In this document: positions 38,504 to 51,960 of the stretch, piece by piece
Layout of the letters: the number at the start of each line of letters is the position of its first letter
How positions within the stretch are numbered: position 1 is the first letter of the stretch
Assembly (NCBI GenBank): GCA_030390025.1
Contig: CM059438.1
Span: forward strand, 71,116,001 to 71,180,000
From: Squalus acanthias
Lineage: Eukaryota
DNA length: 64,000 nucleotides
Reading direction: 5' to 3'
Translations under genes and position numbers: made by a program
The notes under the pieces: model-generated
What the model was told of the DNA's origin: nothing
Database searches by the model: none
The model's input: the letters and a program-made list of their open reading frames with translations, nothing else

Positions 38504-39571
38504 CTATGTGCACAAACAGAATTATGTTATGTACGGAAGAACCGGGTGGTTGGGGTTAGATGACAAAAAAGTGCAGGCGAACCTGTTGGGATGTGAACAG
38601 GTATAAGCATGAACAGTACTAGAGTAAATCCTAAAGCAAGCTGTATTTACCCTACGAGCTATAGCACCTACCTCCTTTGAGCCACTGTCAAAACATACAC
38701 CGTAGTAAACCAGTCGGAGTTAACCATCTTTCGTTTAATATAACATATTTGTTTTTAATCCTATATTTCAAACATACACCACTATGCGATGAGTGGAAAC
38801 CAGTTCACCCTGACTGAGAACAGGCAATTGCCACAAATAGAAACATTCACACAAACCTGCCCCCAACTTCTTCACAATTATGCACATTGGCACACCAGTC
38901 CGATACAGTAAATAGAAAGTTTGCTTTCAGATTAATCTTCAATTAAAGTTCAGTGTCTTATTTCAGGACAACTGACATGTTACTTCAGTGATTAGACTCT
39001 GTTCCGCTTAACAGTTTACAGCTTCTAAATCCAATGCACCCTCCTCCCCCCCCAAAAAAAAACCCTGCCACAAGACTTTCCTTTTTTTCTAATCTTAGAC
39101 TTTCTTGCCCCTGTTGCTGTGCAATTTCAGCAAGTGAGGAAACATTAGGAGCTGCAGCACTTAATTAGGCAGAGCAGATGGGAAGATATCAGTGATTGAC
39201 TGAATGAGAACTAATGGCTGCTAGGTTGCCACTTGCTTACCTGAACAAATAATGCCTGGAGGTGTTCGGCGAATGCCCATTACTTTACCAACTACATGCA
39301 TGTTGTTGCAAATTGTTATCTGTGTTACTAACTTCATCTATCCTCGAAGCATTCAACTTTGTTTCAATTTTTCATACCACCATGAGACAGTTCACTGAAT
39401 TTCCACTGCCTCCGTTAAACAGTTAACTATTTAAAGTTACAGTAGCCCCTTCCAACAGCCGCGCCACCAATTCAGCTCGGCTTCATATGAACACATCAGT
39501 GAATCGAGACCACATAACATGCAACCACGTTGAAACAAATTCTAATTAATATTGTTAATTCTCTAACTTTT

Positions 39572-39675
39572 TCCAGTTCTGACGAAGGGCCATCGACCTG
39601 AAACGTTAACTCTGTTTCTCTCTCCGCAGATGCTGCCTGACCTGCTGAGTACTTCCAGCATTTTCTGTTTTTATT
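39572..39675 (+). mobile_element. Penelope-type terminal repeat containing a minimal hammerhead ribozyme motif
   Basis: agtt CTGACGA agg-gccatcga-cct GAAA CGT T aact, followed by the gatgctgcctgacctgctgag block that recurs at 15485, about 26335 and 63604. Confidence 0.75.
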
Positions 39676-40056
39676 GTAATTAAGTTTGATTGAGACTTGT
39701 TCGAGTGTTATTTTCTTAGCTAGTCTTCTGGCGGTTCAATAGTGAAAGTTGCCAGGTGTGTTTGCATTGACTGGTTCTTGCTCCTCTGATAACTTAGCCA
39801 GAATCCAAGTGGTGAAAATACCGTAATCTCTTGTAGAAAAAGAGTTGTGGGACGGAGATTATCCTTTTAGGTTTTCCTTGAAATGTATTGTGCCTTTTAT
39901 TTTAAAGAATCTCTCATTTATTGTCTTTGCATGAATGTTCCTTTGTGGAGTTTCCCAAGCAGAGAGTGAGATTGTTACATAGTATCACATGCATGAACAT
40001 TAGAAAAAGTGTTCATGAGTGTGGAACCCACTTGGAAGGATAGTGGCCAGCAGAAG

Positions 40057-40057
<1 letters not shown>

Positions 40058-40087
<30 letters not shown>
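40058..40087. repeat. (GA)n microsatellite
   Basis: About 14 GA units. Confidence 0.95.
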
Positions 40088-40090
<3 letters not shown>

Positions 40091-40253
40091 TGGGACCGTT
40101 GAGACAGAACGATCTGAAGGCAATATACAGGAAACTAAAGGGAAAGATTGATTTGGCCAACTGGTTGTCAACACAAAATAAAAAATCAAGATGAATGAGA
40201 AAAGTAGTTATCTCTGTACAATATATTTTTTGTATAAATCATGCATTGGCTAC

Positions 40254-40399
40254 CTAGATGTGTTAGGGCTTCTTTGTCCCACGGCCATGTGGCAACTCCA
40301 GCCAGCTCTTCATCAGATGAATTGGCAAAGAATATATTAAGATGTGTTGCACCATCCAGTTTCAGAATGTTCTTCAGATCTTTCACATCCAAATATGCC
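40254..40399 (-). CDS. PAPPA: PAPPA exon 3
   Basis: ttacag|G GCA TAT ... CAT CTA G|gtagcc. Encodes [49 protein letters not shown]. 146 nt. Confidence 0.96.
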
Positions 40400-40537
40400 C
40401 TGTAATCCAAACATAAGTCCTATGAAAATGTTCTTTCATGCCTCATAATCTCCTCCAGTTGACATATGATGCCGAATCCATTTCTAGTAAACTAGTCTAA
40501 TAATAATCATTCTCCTTCCTTTTACAAAACTAAAAAT

Positions 40538-41040
40538 AATGGGCCATAATTTGCTGTCAAAATAGCGACAAGGCTTTATTTATGCGCAAATGCAGCAGCA
40601 ACCTCGGGTGAGCGCAGATGCGAGGTCAACTCGGAAATCCAAAAGTTGCTCTCCGAGATGTGCCACACCGCAATTAGCTTCACGAAAATGGCAGCTTGCT
40701 GTCTACCTCACCATTCAAATGCATTGAATGGCATGCAGTTGCTGTACTTGCATGGCAGATACGAACTAAACTCACCACAGAAAGTTAAGTCTCATCCATT
40801 TCAGTCTAAGTACCTCAACGACGTGATAAGTATTAATTACTGCCAAACAACTTCCCTGGCACTGAAAATTAACAATTACAAGATGTTGGAGATTTGAAAA
40901 ATGTCAAATTTTACAATTATTTTTTTTTACTTTGCCTTTCTGTCTCTTTTTTCTCTCTCTTAATCCAATCTTTCTTTTCCTCTCTTTATTCCTCATTTTT
41001 GTACCTAATTTGGCATTGAATTCACCCACTCTAATTTACG
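40538..41040. mobile_element. Partial inverted copy of the 2326/35900 TIR element family
   Basis: Begins aatgggccataatttgctg. The CT-rich tract and gaattcacccactctaat are the reverse complement of 36130-36230. Confidence 0.6.
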
Positions 41041-41692
41041 CCTGACCCAGGCAGACGCTCTGGACTCCCTTGGATAGACAGATCGGCAGGAATAAGGGGG
41101 TAAGTCATACCCCACAATATTTGCAGCGCTAACGCCCTGTTTCTGACTGGCAGGCAGCCTGAAAATCTCCTCCCTATAGGTGTGGTTGAAGCCTTCTGCT
41201 TCCTTCTTGATGGTATAATCTCCGAGTTATCTTCCATGCAATCTAAGATGGCTTTTGAGTGGCCATTATTCGTGAAAGGCTAAGAGCCTCCTACCACGCT
41301 CAAAAATTTGCACAGAACTCTGATTGGAACAATCTTTGTTTAAGCTTGGTGTCCTGCTTACAACCCTATTGGCAGTTGCTCTGGAGGTCTGCTCATTCAT
41401 CCATTACTATACTTCCTTGCAGAAACGATTTATTCACCATTCCAATCAGTTCTTAGTTGTTCAATCGCCACACACAATAAGAATTTCTAAAAGTGTTTTG
41501 ACAGAGATGTAGCTGAAAAAAACAAGTACTGCATGGGATCAATGGACAACTGTAATACATTAATGTGCTCAATACTGTTACCATCATCAATGAAATCAGA
41601 TACAAGGTATCAATCGGATCAATCCATGCAAGAAACCAAATGAGCTGCTGCTGCTTTACAACCAAATTTTATTAATCTTAACCCTCAAAATA

Positions 41693-42145
41693 GTCAGTCA
41701 TGGCTCCGTGGGTAGCGCTCTCCCCTCTGAGTCAGGAGGTTGTGGGTTCACAGTCCCATTCCAGAGACTTGAGCACAAAACTAGGCTGACACTCCAGTGC
41801 TGCACTGTCGGAGGCGCCATCTTTCAGTTGAGACATTAAACTGAGCCTCTGTTTGCTCTCTCAGGTGGCCGTAAAAGATCCCATGGCACTATTTTGAAAA
41901 AGAGCTGGGGAGTTCTCCCAGGTGCCCTGGTCAATATTTATCCCTCAACCAACATCACTAAAAAAACAAATTATCTGGTCCTTATCAAATTGTTCTTTGT
42001 GGGAGCTTGCTGTGCGCAAATTGGCTGCTGCGATTCCTACATTACAACAGTGATGACACTACAAAAAAAGTATTTCATTGGTTGTAAAGTGCTTTGGGAC
42101 GTCCTGAGGTCGTGAAAGGCGCTATATACATACAAGTCTTTCTTT
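41693..42145 (+). mobile_element. Full-length DeuSINE-type SINE (SacSINE1-like)
   Basis: tRNA-like head, central gagacattaaactgag...cccatggcact...tatccctcaaccaac block, tail gtgaaaggcgctatata...tctttct. Confidence 0.88.
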
Positions 42146-43524
42146 GTTAATTATCAAACATTCCCCAACATACTACTTGCTAGAGTAAAACCGTACAAAC
42201 TAACACAAGCGATTTTTCACAGTAGATCCATAAAAAGTCTAATTGTGATGAATTTGCTCCAAATATTTTGACCAGTAAAACTGTAATAAGTTTGGTCATG
42301 GTGGATTTCAGCCTTACATTGTACAGTAAAATGTACTGATTAAGTGCTTTGTGCAGTAGCAGTACCTGTTATTTACTGTCAATTCATTCATTGATCCCAG
42401 CAGAGGCATGCCATTGAATGGAGCTCAAACCTTTATGAGAGTTAATGTTGAGAGCCAACTTGCTGGTCCCCATGACTTTTATTTTAATGAACTTCTACTG
42501 TGCTGGACTGGACTACACCTGTCATTTCCAAAAGTTCATTTGAGTCCAAAGGTTTTATATTCAGGTGCTTCTTGCTTTGGGTAGATTGGATTCAGATGGC
42601 GTTGTTGTAATTTCCCTTTTTTTCTGTTTCACTTAAACTCATTCCTTCCAAAAATCTGTCCGTAACACCCATGAAGAATAACACACTTACTGCCAACGAC
42701 TACTACCAGTTTGCTTATTCTCTGCAGGTGTCAACAGTGGGCCGAGCACGTGGCGTCTGCGTCTTGACAACCCCGTCTGTTGCAAATGGAGGGGAAAGAG
42801 GTAAACCACCGTGCCCTTGGGGCAAGTACGTTTGCAACTCGTGTGATGTGGGCACACGGAGACCCCGTCAACGCCGATCCCTGGCTGAGGATCCCATCCC
42901 TCAATCTGGGTTGAGGGTTCCGATTTCAGTGGAGAGACTTTCATTGGGAAAATTTTAGCAAGGCATCTCCGCTGTAGGGGTTGATATGCTGGCAGGAGAA
43001 GGCTGCAACAAGGGAGGGGGAAATCACCATTCTAGCCATGGAGCGTTATCAGAGCCATTCTGCCAGGGTGCAGATGCCAGAGTGGAGTGTGTGCTCTGTT
43101 TCTAAAAAGGTGCCATTGCATTTGTCTCAGCACAAACTCTTACCCTTTGAATGGATATCATGCATGCCGGGTGGCGGGGCGGAGTGCAGGGTGTTGGGGG
43201 TGCATTTCAAGGGCTGATCACTTACACTGTGTACTCAGAGGTGGAGTCCAGAATTCTGAGACCCTGTCAGTCTTCCAGTACTTCACCCAACTCGCCATCT
43301 CTCACTGTCAGCAGGCTATTTGATCATGCAGGGCATCACAGCCAAGTCCAATCCGCTCCTTACCTGATGTCCATGAATACTTACTTTCGAGCAGAGAGCA
43401 CCGGATAACGGTCGGCAGCCTGAACCCTAACTGCTCTTTCTTTCTTTCCCCCTTTCTAGCTCAGGAGCGTAGATCTGCTAAGTGATCACAGATCAGGGTT
43501 CGAACCTCGAACCTTCCACAAAGC

Positions 43525-43826
43525 AGCAACAACAATATCAGCTTGCATTTATATAGCACCTTTAATGCAGTAAAACATCCCAAGGCGCTTCACAGTAGCG
43601 TTATCAGACACAATTTGACACCTAGATACATAAGGAGATATTCGGACAGGTGACCAAAAGCTTGGTCAAAGATGTAGGTTTTAAGGAGCATCTTAAAGGA
43701 GGAGAGAGAAGTAGCGAGGCGGAGAGGTTTAGGGAGGGAATTCCAAAGCCGCGGGCCCAGGCAGCTGAAGGCACGGCCACCAATGGTGGGGCAATTAAAA
43801 TCGGGACTGCGCAAGAGGCCAGGAAA
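43525..43826 (-). mobile_element. L2 LINE 3' fragment
   Basis: TIGGRAFSCLGPRLWNSLPKPLRL...FKMLLKTYIFDQAF plus tail. Confidence 0.88.
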
Positions 43827-44044
43827 GCAGTCTATTTTCCCATTAAGACACAGACAAAGCTCAACTGTACAACTTTTTTAAATGAGTAGAAGCTAATGGA
43901 CGAGACTGCTTGTTAAAAGGAAAGCACAACCCACTACTCTCTGACTCAGTCCGCTCACTACAATTCGTTTTGTTCGTGGTAACAAATTCAGCTTGTGACA
44001 TTCCAATTGTTTTTCCACAATAGGATACATTATGAGAACACATT

Positions 44045-44700
44045 GGCCCGTAATTTCCGATAGGAGGCTTCCTACGTGCAGATGCCTCCTATCGGGAAAA
44101 AATCTACGCTCTTACCTGAGGGCTCCAGAGATCCGGCCATTTCCGCTCCTGGGCCTCTCCATGACGAAATGCGCAGGGCCCAGGTATCCCAGGGGCGCAT
44201 GCGGTTCGCAAGCATCCCTGGGATCATATGGGCCATGGGGAACCAATGGGAGAAGGGAATCTCCCTTCATACTTTTGACAGATAGACCTGTCAAATATAT
44301 GAATGGGGATCACTGAAAAAAGACATCAAAACATAAAATTACATTAAATTAAATATTTTAAACAAAAATTTTATTTTTTGAAAAAAATAATTAAAGTTTT
44401 TTACAGGGCTAAAAATAAACTTACCTTTTTTAAAAGTATTTTGTTTTACTTTTTTAATCTCTTAGGCTGGTAAAAGCAGGCCTTACTCCTGCTTTTACCA
44501 GGTGTAAGATTTTTAAGTGATTTCAGCGGGCGGAGGTTCTGCAGAAAGCGGAACTCTCCACCCGCAGAGGCCCTTCTCCAGGGCAGGCGTCCGATCTGTC
44601 AAGAGGATTCTTGACAGATCGGAAATGCCGGTTATTTCTGATGTCCCTACGGGTGTGTACACAGCCTGTACACACCCGTAGGCATCGGAAAATACGGGCC
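44045..44700. mobile_element. PIF/Harbinger-type MITE with a 3-bp TSD and four internal palindromes
   Basis: TIRs ggcccgtaatttccgat / atcggaaaatacgggcc, flanked by ATT on both sides. Confidence 0.85.
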
Positions 44701-44705
44701 ATTAT

Positions 44706-44997
44706 ACAAGAGGGTATAACCTTAAAATTAGAGCTAGGCTGTCCAGGGGTGATATTAGAAAGCACTTCTTCACACAAAGGGTTGTGGAAATCTGGAACTC
44801 TCTCCCCCAAAAAGCTGTTGAGGCTAGGTCAACTGAAAATTTCAAACCTGAGATTGATAGCTCTTTGTTCGACAAGGGTATTAAGGGTTACGGAACCAAG
44901 GTGGGTAGATGGAGTTAAGATACAGATCAGCCATGATATAATTGAATGGTAGAACAGGCTTGAGGAGCTGAATGGCTTACTCCTGTTCCTATGTTCC
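44706..44997 (+). mobile_element. CR1 3' fragment
   Basis: acttcttcacacaaagggttgtggaaatctggaactctctccc...ctcctgttcctatgttc. Confidence 0.85.
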
Positions 44998-46564
44998 TGC
45001 ACTAGCTTGGTTAGAAAGTACTGTTCCAAGTTGCCTTAGTGGGACAGTTAGCAGACCAGTACTCGAGATAATGCAATCCACCTGGGATTATTTTACTGAG
45101 AAACCAGTCTACTAATGAATCAGCTGAAGGAAAAAGGAATGTCATTGCTCTTGTGGTGATGCAATTTGGCATAAAAGGCTGAGTTTCTCCAGAATTATTT
45201 CTCAGCATGTTGTGTGCAAAGTGCTAAGGAGGACTATTTTAATGAGTAAATCACTGAAATGTGTAAATCTTAACTGGATGAGAGATCTCCTTTACCAGAC
45301 CAAATTGGACCACACTGATGGAAATTTTTCTGGATGTTTCAGTCCTGACAACACATTTCTGTCAGCTAGTTTCCCATGAAATATAGATCAATACAGCAGT
45401 GCATTAGAGGGATTACAAGTTTAAAATATGGGTCACTTATTCTCCCAAGAAAAGAATAATATGCCAAATGAAAAGATACAGACAGAAATATTCTATTTTT
45501 CTTCTGACAGGGTGACATCCTCTAGATATAAAAAAAACTTTAATATATTTATAATTATTTTGATTAGACGCTAAGCAGTGCAATAGTCTTTTTTTAACCT
45601 TACCGGCACAAGCGGTTTACTTTGTGGTCTAATACTACATCAGTGCATACAACAGGCAAGTATTGGAACAATTACTACAGACTGCACACGTGTTTTTAGT
45701 GTTTTTTGGACCAGGATTTCCTAGTGATTAGTGACTCTGCAAGGTCATTTCAGAACTTTTTTTTCTCCAAATAGTCTCTGGAAAATTTCTACTTACAAGT
45801 TGTTTCAAGAGTTAGGAATGTATAGCAACTAAGGTCGAGGTATGTGGCATTTTTTTTTGCAGTGGGTGCAGTGCAGGCCACTCTTAAGCTAAGAACCTGA
45901 GGAATGGCCATTCGAACCATGAAACCCAGTCCTTCCAGAGGCCATGCATGATCACCTCCACACCCAACATTTCATTACCTTCTTCCCCAACCCTACGGGA
46001 ATCAAACAGATACTAATATCTCCCTAGTCCTCAATCTTCTCACAGCTCAGTTGATAAGTTCCCTACCTTGTGTGTAACTGAGCCATGCAGACCGGGAAGA
46101 TCCCAGGTTTTATTCTGGCCGATTACTGAGTTAGCAAACCTCAGGCAGCAGGGTTGCCACAATTTGTCTCCGCACTCCAGGGAGTGCAAACATCAGCCAG
46201 GACTCCCACTCCTGATTGCACATCCAATGACTGCTGCTGGAAAGTGCAAGTATGTGACCTTTGGTCAAAGGCAGGATCAGGCTCAGTTATGATGCCCGGT
46301 TGTGAATAACCCGCTGACAGTTCGGTTTAGATTTTCTGATTGCCATTACTTTAAAACAGGCTGTAACCCATTGAAAAAGGTGGGTTGCAATCAGCATTAA
46401 AATAATGCCGATCAGAAAATCTTGGATGTCATACATAAAGAAAGGCCACTTGGGTGAGATACAGAGAACCTGTTATCCCAGGCACAGTGATGCTATACTT
46501 CAGTTGCACATAGGACTTTTGCAATTGTTTCTCTATTTGAATTACCTCCGAATTATTAGTGTTC

Positions 46565-47065
46565 AATCATAGAGTCATACAGCACAGAAGGAGGCCATTC
46601 AGCCCATAGTGCCAGTGCTGGCTCTTTGAAAGAGCTATCCGATAAGTCCCACTCCTCTGCTCTTTCCCCATAGCCCGAGAAATGTTTCCTTTTCACGTAT
46701 TTATCCAATTCCCTTTTGAAAGTTACTACTGAATCTACTTCTACTACCCTTTCAGGCAGTGCATTCCAGATCATAACAACTCACGGTGTAAAAAAAAGTT
46801 CTTCCCATCTCGTCTCTGGTTCTTTTGCCAATCACCTTAAAACTGTGTCCTCTGATTACCAACCCTCTTGCCGGTGGAAACAGTTTCTCCCTATCTATCA
46901 AAACCCTTCATAATTTTGAACACCTCTATTAAATCTCCCCTTAACCTTCTCTGCTCTAAGGAGAACAATCTCAGCTTCTCTAGTCTCTCCACATAACTGA
47001 AATCCCTCATCCCTGGTACCATACAGGTAAATCTCCTGGCACCTTCTCCAAGGCCTTGGTATCCT
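46565..47065 (-). mobile_element. CR1 3' fragment
   Basis: IWNALPERVVEVDSVVTFKRELDKY...; tail tatgactctatga. Confidence 0.88.
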
Positions 47066-48485
47066 AGATCAAAATATTTGCATTAAGTTCCAGCAATAAA
47101 AATGCGCAAGTACGGTGAAACTATTAACAGGTCTGAGTAGGTACCAATATTGGGCATGCTGTACAAATTGAATCATTTAAGTGTTTCCTTTCTCCATTAC
47201 TGTCAGGCAGACCATCCGACAGCTTCCATATCATATTCAAACTCATCTCTCTAAACTGAGAAATAACAAATGTTTAAAAGACGCAACTTGTTGTTGCACT
47301 TGTAAAGCCCAGTAAAAATAGTAATCCAACCGATTAAAAATCAAACGGAGCGAAAATGTCCTCTGTATGCTAGGCGTAGTGAAATCATAAACCTGATTTT
47401 TATAAATGCACTTAAGATTTTGCTACATTTAGAAATCTGCTTGGTTAGCACTAACCAAAAATAAAATAACATTCTGTATACTGTTTACAAAAACCAGATA
47501 TTAAGTCCTACTTTTTGTCAAAAATAAACATGTACGTGAAGCTGGCTATGGGTTCAATAGTACAAATGCTTTTTAATCTGATGTTTAACAAAAGTAAGGT
47601 TTACTTACTGAGTTTCCAAGTGCAATTTAATAAGTAATCAGATCAGCAGCTCTTCAGAAAAGAGTTTCTAAATATCTCTGTCTTTATCTTTATAAGCGGT
47701 TATCTTTAAACGGTGCTAAGGGATGTTTTTTCTTACCTGCAGCTACGATATAGATCATAAATGGTCCCAGGAAGTGAATTATAGCAACTGACACTGACAG
47801 GAAGACTAAACATTTCGACACTAGATGGGAAAGTTTCAGATCACGGAAGGTATTACATTATTCTTTGCACTGACCTGCCAAACGTGATAGGTGTGATAGA
47901 AAACTGACCAGCTCTCCAGAATTAAACATGTCTGTTGCAGGGAATGTCAACATGTTCATGAAAGCCCTCTTTAAAGAACAGCTGCACATTATAATACTTT
48001 CACAGGGATCTGCAATCGATAAAGAGTGTAAAATATCACTTGTCATTTAGCTTCGGGCAATGTCGGCCAGACAAGCCATAATAACATTTTATATGTATAA
48101 AATATCCCTAACCTTTCATCTTTAAATAGGGTATATTAAAAATATATTATAAAAATACCGAAAACCACAAATCTGAGGATCTGTTTTGTGCCAACAAGCA
48201 TTTTCGACATGATTCCAAAGTCTGTGGGCCAATTATCAAAGGTTGGCATTGCAGAAGCAGTTTTTCTCTCATGGCACTTTCCTAGCCAGTTTTTTCCAAT
48301 GGTATTTTCAACAACCTTCATGCACGTGTCTGATTTTAGTGCTAATTGTGGATTACTATGATTTGTCTATGAGGTGGTACCAACATTGTACTTGTATCCA
48401 TTCTATTTTTAAGATGCTCCTTAAAACCAATCCCTTTGACCAAGCTTTTAGTCACCTGTCCTAATATCTCCGTAAGTGGCTCGGT

Positions 48486-49329
48486 GGAGGTGATTTTGCC
48501 AGCCCTGGGGAGGCGGGTATGGAGGCGGGACTGCCGGGAAAATGGCAAAATTTGGGGGCGGGTGGCAAACCCGCCCCCAACCCGCCTCCATGCCATCTTC
48601 CCAGGAGGCGGGTTGCCATCCCGCTCCAGGTCCCGTCTCCTTGGAGGTGGGAAGGGATTAAAGCCTATTAGCTTGCTGTTAACAGGCAGAAAATAGGATT
48701 ATCCCCTTTTTGCCCTCACAAGTGTGGGCTTCCCGAAGGCTCCAAAACCTGCCAGCTCAGCGAGGCGAGTACTGGGTCTGCGGGGGTCGGGGGGGGAGGG
48801 GGGTGGGTGCAAAAGTGTGGTGTGAAGGTAAGTGATGGGTGCAAGAGTAGAGGTGAGTATCTGAGGTAAGTCCTAAGTGTTGTTAAAAGTGTACTTCCCT
48901 TTGTTTCTTCCTGCAGGCTTCAGTCGGTTTCTATGCGGAGAGTCTCGCACCTCCGTGTTGCAGATGAGAGATGGCCGTCGCATTCTCAGATGGAACAAAC
49001 ATCTCATTTCTGTAAAAGAAAGAAGGTTGATGAGGTCTTGTATGCAAGACCTCATCAAACTGCAGAGATTGTCACTGTTTGACAGCTTCACAGAGCTGTC
49101 AAACGATGACAATTCATCTGTCAAAAATTTTTGACAGATGAAACGTCATATGTTGACGTGCTCTGCAACCGGCTTTCCCTTAATTGGCCTGCTAAGCCCG
49201 CTGGGCGGGCGTAACAAGGTCAATCAGAGGAAAATAGCGTGGGTTGGCCACAAAGCAATGGAGGCAGGACTGAAACCCGACAAGCAGCAGTCCCGCCTCC
49301 AATGCGCCTCCATTCACAAAATCGCCCCC
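48486..49329. mobile_element. PIF/Harbinger-type non-autonomous element inserted in an L2 tail
   Basis: TIRs ggaggtgattttg / caaaatcgccccc. The host L2 sequence ggctcggt|gtc is split with a GGT duplication. Confidence 0.75.
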
Positions 49330-49794
49330 GGTGTCAATTTTTGTCTGATAACGCTCCTGTGAAGTGCCTTGGGACGTTTTACTATGTTTAAAGGCCCTAT
49401 ATACATGCAAGTTTTCATTGTTGTTGTCTAATAGCTTGTTGACCCAAGAGTACAGATTTATGATATGCTTTATGGGCCAAATATGTTCACTTGACCACTG
49501 TGAATAGAGGGTAACGAGCTTAAATGACTTTCCCTCAAACTCTAGTTATTCACAGATGTACTGCAACATATTACATTATTTCTTACTTGAGGTTTAAAGA
49601 TCATGGCAGACAGGGAAGGACTGTGAATTACCATCCGTTTAAGGACTACCAAATTGTTTGTTCCATTTCCACCCATCCCCCCTCAAACAAATTACAATCT
49701 AGGGCAAGACCCAGGTAGGCAGGCAAGGCAGAACTCCGAAGATGGAGCAGAGGAAAAACATACTTCACAAATAATTGAACCATGTATATTTTGG

Positions 49795-51960
49795 CAAGAA
49801 TTGAGTTGGCCATATTTAGGAAGACTGAGTTCAATGGGGCAGATTTTAGAAAGATGAAGAGCAAGCAAGCTAAGTTGAGATGGAAAGAGAAATTGGCACA
49901 TAGGACTGTAGAGCAACAGTGTGATGATTTTAAAATAGACATTGCAAAGGTACAATAGGTACATTCCATTAAGAGAGAAGGAAACAACTCAGAGTTTTAG
50001 GATGCCATGGATAAATAAAGGGGTTAGAATTAAATAAAAGTTGAACTGGAGGACCTATAAGAATATATATATAATAAGAATAATTGTCAAAAAAACTGAA
50101 GGAAATTATGAGAAAATAAGAAAAGAGGTTAAGAACAGGATAAAGAAAGTAAAGAAGGAGCTTGAGGAAAACATTTCAAAAAGCATCAGAGGAGCAATAA
50201 AGTATTTTATAAGTATATCAGTAAAAAGAAAATTGCTAAAAGCGAGGTGAGACGTCTGAGAAGAGAGGATTGTCAATTTGGAGATGATGGTGCAAAAATG
50301 GCGGAGGTACTTAATAAGTACTTTGCATCAGTTTTCACTAAACAGAAGGATATTGGAGAGGAGGTGAATCCTGGAATAGTTGAGAGCAAGATAAACGATT
50401 ATTATGATGAATAAAATGTATTAGATAAGTTATTTAAACTAAAGGAAAACAAAGCTCCAGCGTCCAATTGGATACATCCAGGGATCCTAAGGAAAATGAG
50501 GTAGGAAATTACCGAGGGCCTAGTCATTTTTTTCAGGGCCCTAATGTATGTGGATATATGCCAGAGGACTGGTGAGTGGCCAATGTAGTACCCATTTTTA
50601 AAAAGGGAGACAGAGTTAATCTGGATAATTACAGGCCAATTTGGTTAACATCTGTGGTAGGAATAATGTTAGAGTTTTCAATGTGGGATGAAATAACCAA
50701 GTATCTAGAAAGTACGGATTTCAACAGGGATGATCACACTTGACATACCTCATAGAATTCCTTGAGGAGGTAACAGTCATGGTAGCTGGGAGAAATGCAG
50801 TGGATATAGTATACATGGACATTAGGAAAGCATTTGACAAAGTGCCACATGGGAGATTATTAGAGAAGATTAAGTGGTAGGGAATTGGGGGAGGATAGCA
50901 AACTGGATTTGGAGAGTAGGAGTTAAGGGCAGTTTTTCAGAGTAGTTGCAAGTGGTTAGTGACATCAGCTCAGGATTTAGTTTTGGGGCCACTTCTGTGC
51001 ACTGCGCATATCAATAATTTGGATAAAGGCATGGAGGGAGTGGTGCAACATTTGCAGATGATACCAAACTAGTACATAGAGTTAATTCTTTCGAAGATCA
51101 AAGGAAACTGCAAATGGATATTGATAAGATGGAGGAATGGGCTAAAACGTGGCAGAGGGAATTCAACGTCAGTAAATGTGAGGTGATGCGGTTTGGTAAA
51201 AAGAAAACAGCAGTAATTATACTCTAAATGGAAGTAGGCTCAGTGTTTTGGAAGTGTAGAGGGACTTGGGAATACAGGTTCACAGAACATTAAAGTAAGC
51301 ACTTCAGGTTGATAAAGCTGTGAAAAAAGTTAATGGAATTTTTGGTTTTATCTCGTGGTATAGAATATAAAAGCCATGGGGTAATGGTGAGTCTATACAA
51401 AACTTCAATAAGACCTCAGCTAGAGTACTGTATGCAGTATTGAGCTCCACACTATTGGAAGGATACTGAGACATTAGAGAGGGTGCAATACAGATTCACT
51501 GTATATAGTATGAGGAAATACTGATATGAAGAAAGACTTGGAAAATTGGGAATAACACAGATCATGGGGTGATACAATAGAAATGTTTTAAATTATGAAA
51601 GGATGTTAGGAGGTAGATAGAAGCAGGCTGTTTCCAATAGTTGAGGGTTCAAGAACGAGGGGCCACAGATACAAGATTAAATGTAAGAGATTTAGAACAG
51701 GGCAGGGGAAACTTCTTCACACAAAGAATTGTGAAGCTATAGAATTCACTTCCAGAGTTAGCGATTGAGGCAGAAATTGTGTCAACAATCAAGATTAGAT
51801 TGGATAGGTGGATGAAGGAAAAAGCAATGAAGGGATATGGGAACAGCGTGGATAAATGGAATTAGGACTGTTTGCTTGCGTGGAGGAGTAATACCAAAAA
51901 GAAATGATTGGGCCGAATGGCCTATTTTCATGTTGTAACTTCTATGTACTTCTTCTATGT
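49795..51960 (+). mobile_element. Old degenerate CR1 LINE ORF2 (post-endonuclease region, RT, 3' UTR)
   Basis: Eroded motifs NKYFASVFT, DNYRPI, DIVYMD.RKAFDKVPH, FADDTKL and RPQLEYC. Many stops. Confidence 0.88.

Noticed and set aside
41693..41770. tRNA genes at SINE heads (also 6165-6235 and 18781-18830)
   Set aside because: They continue into SINE/LINE bodies and lack a complete cloverleaf and terminator.
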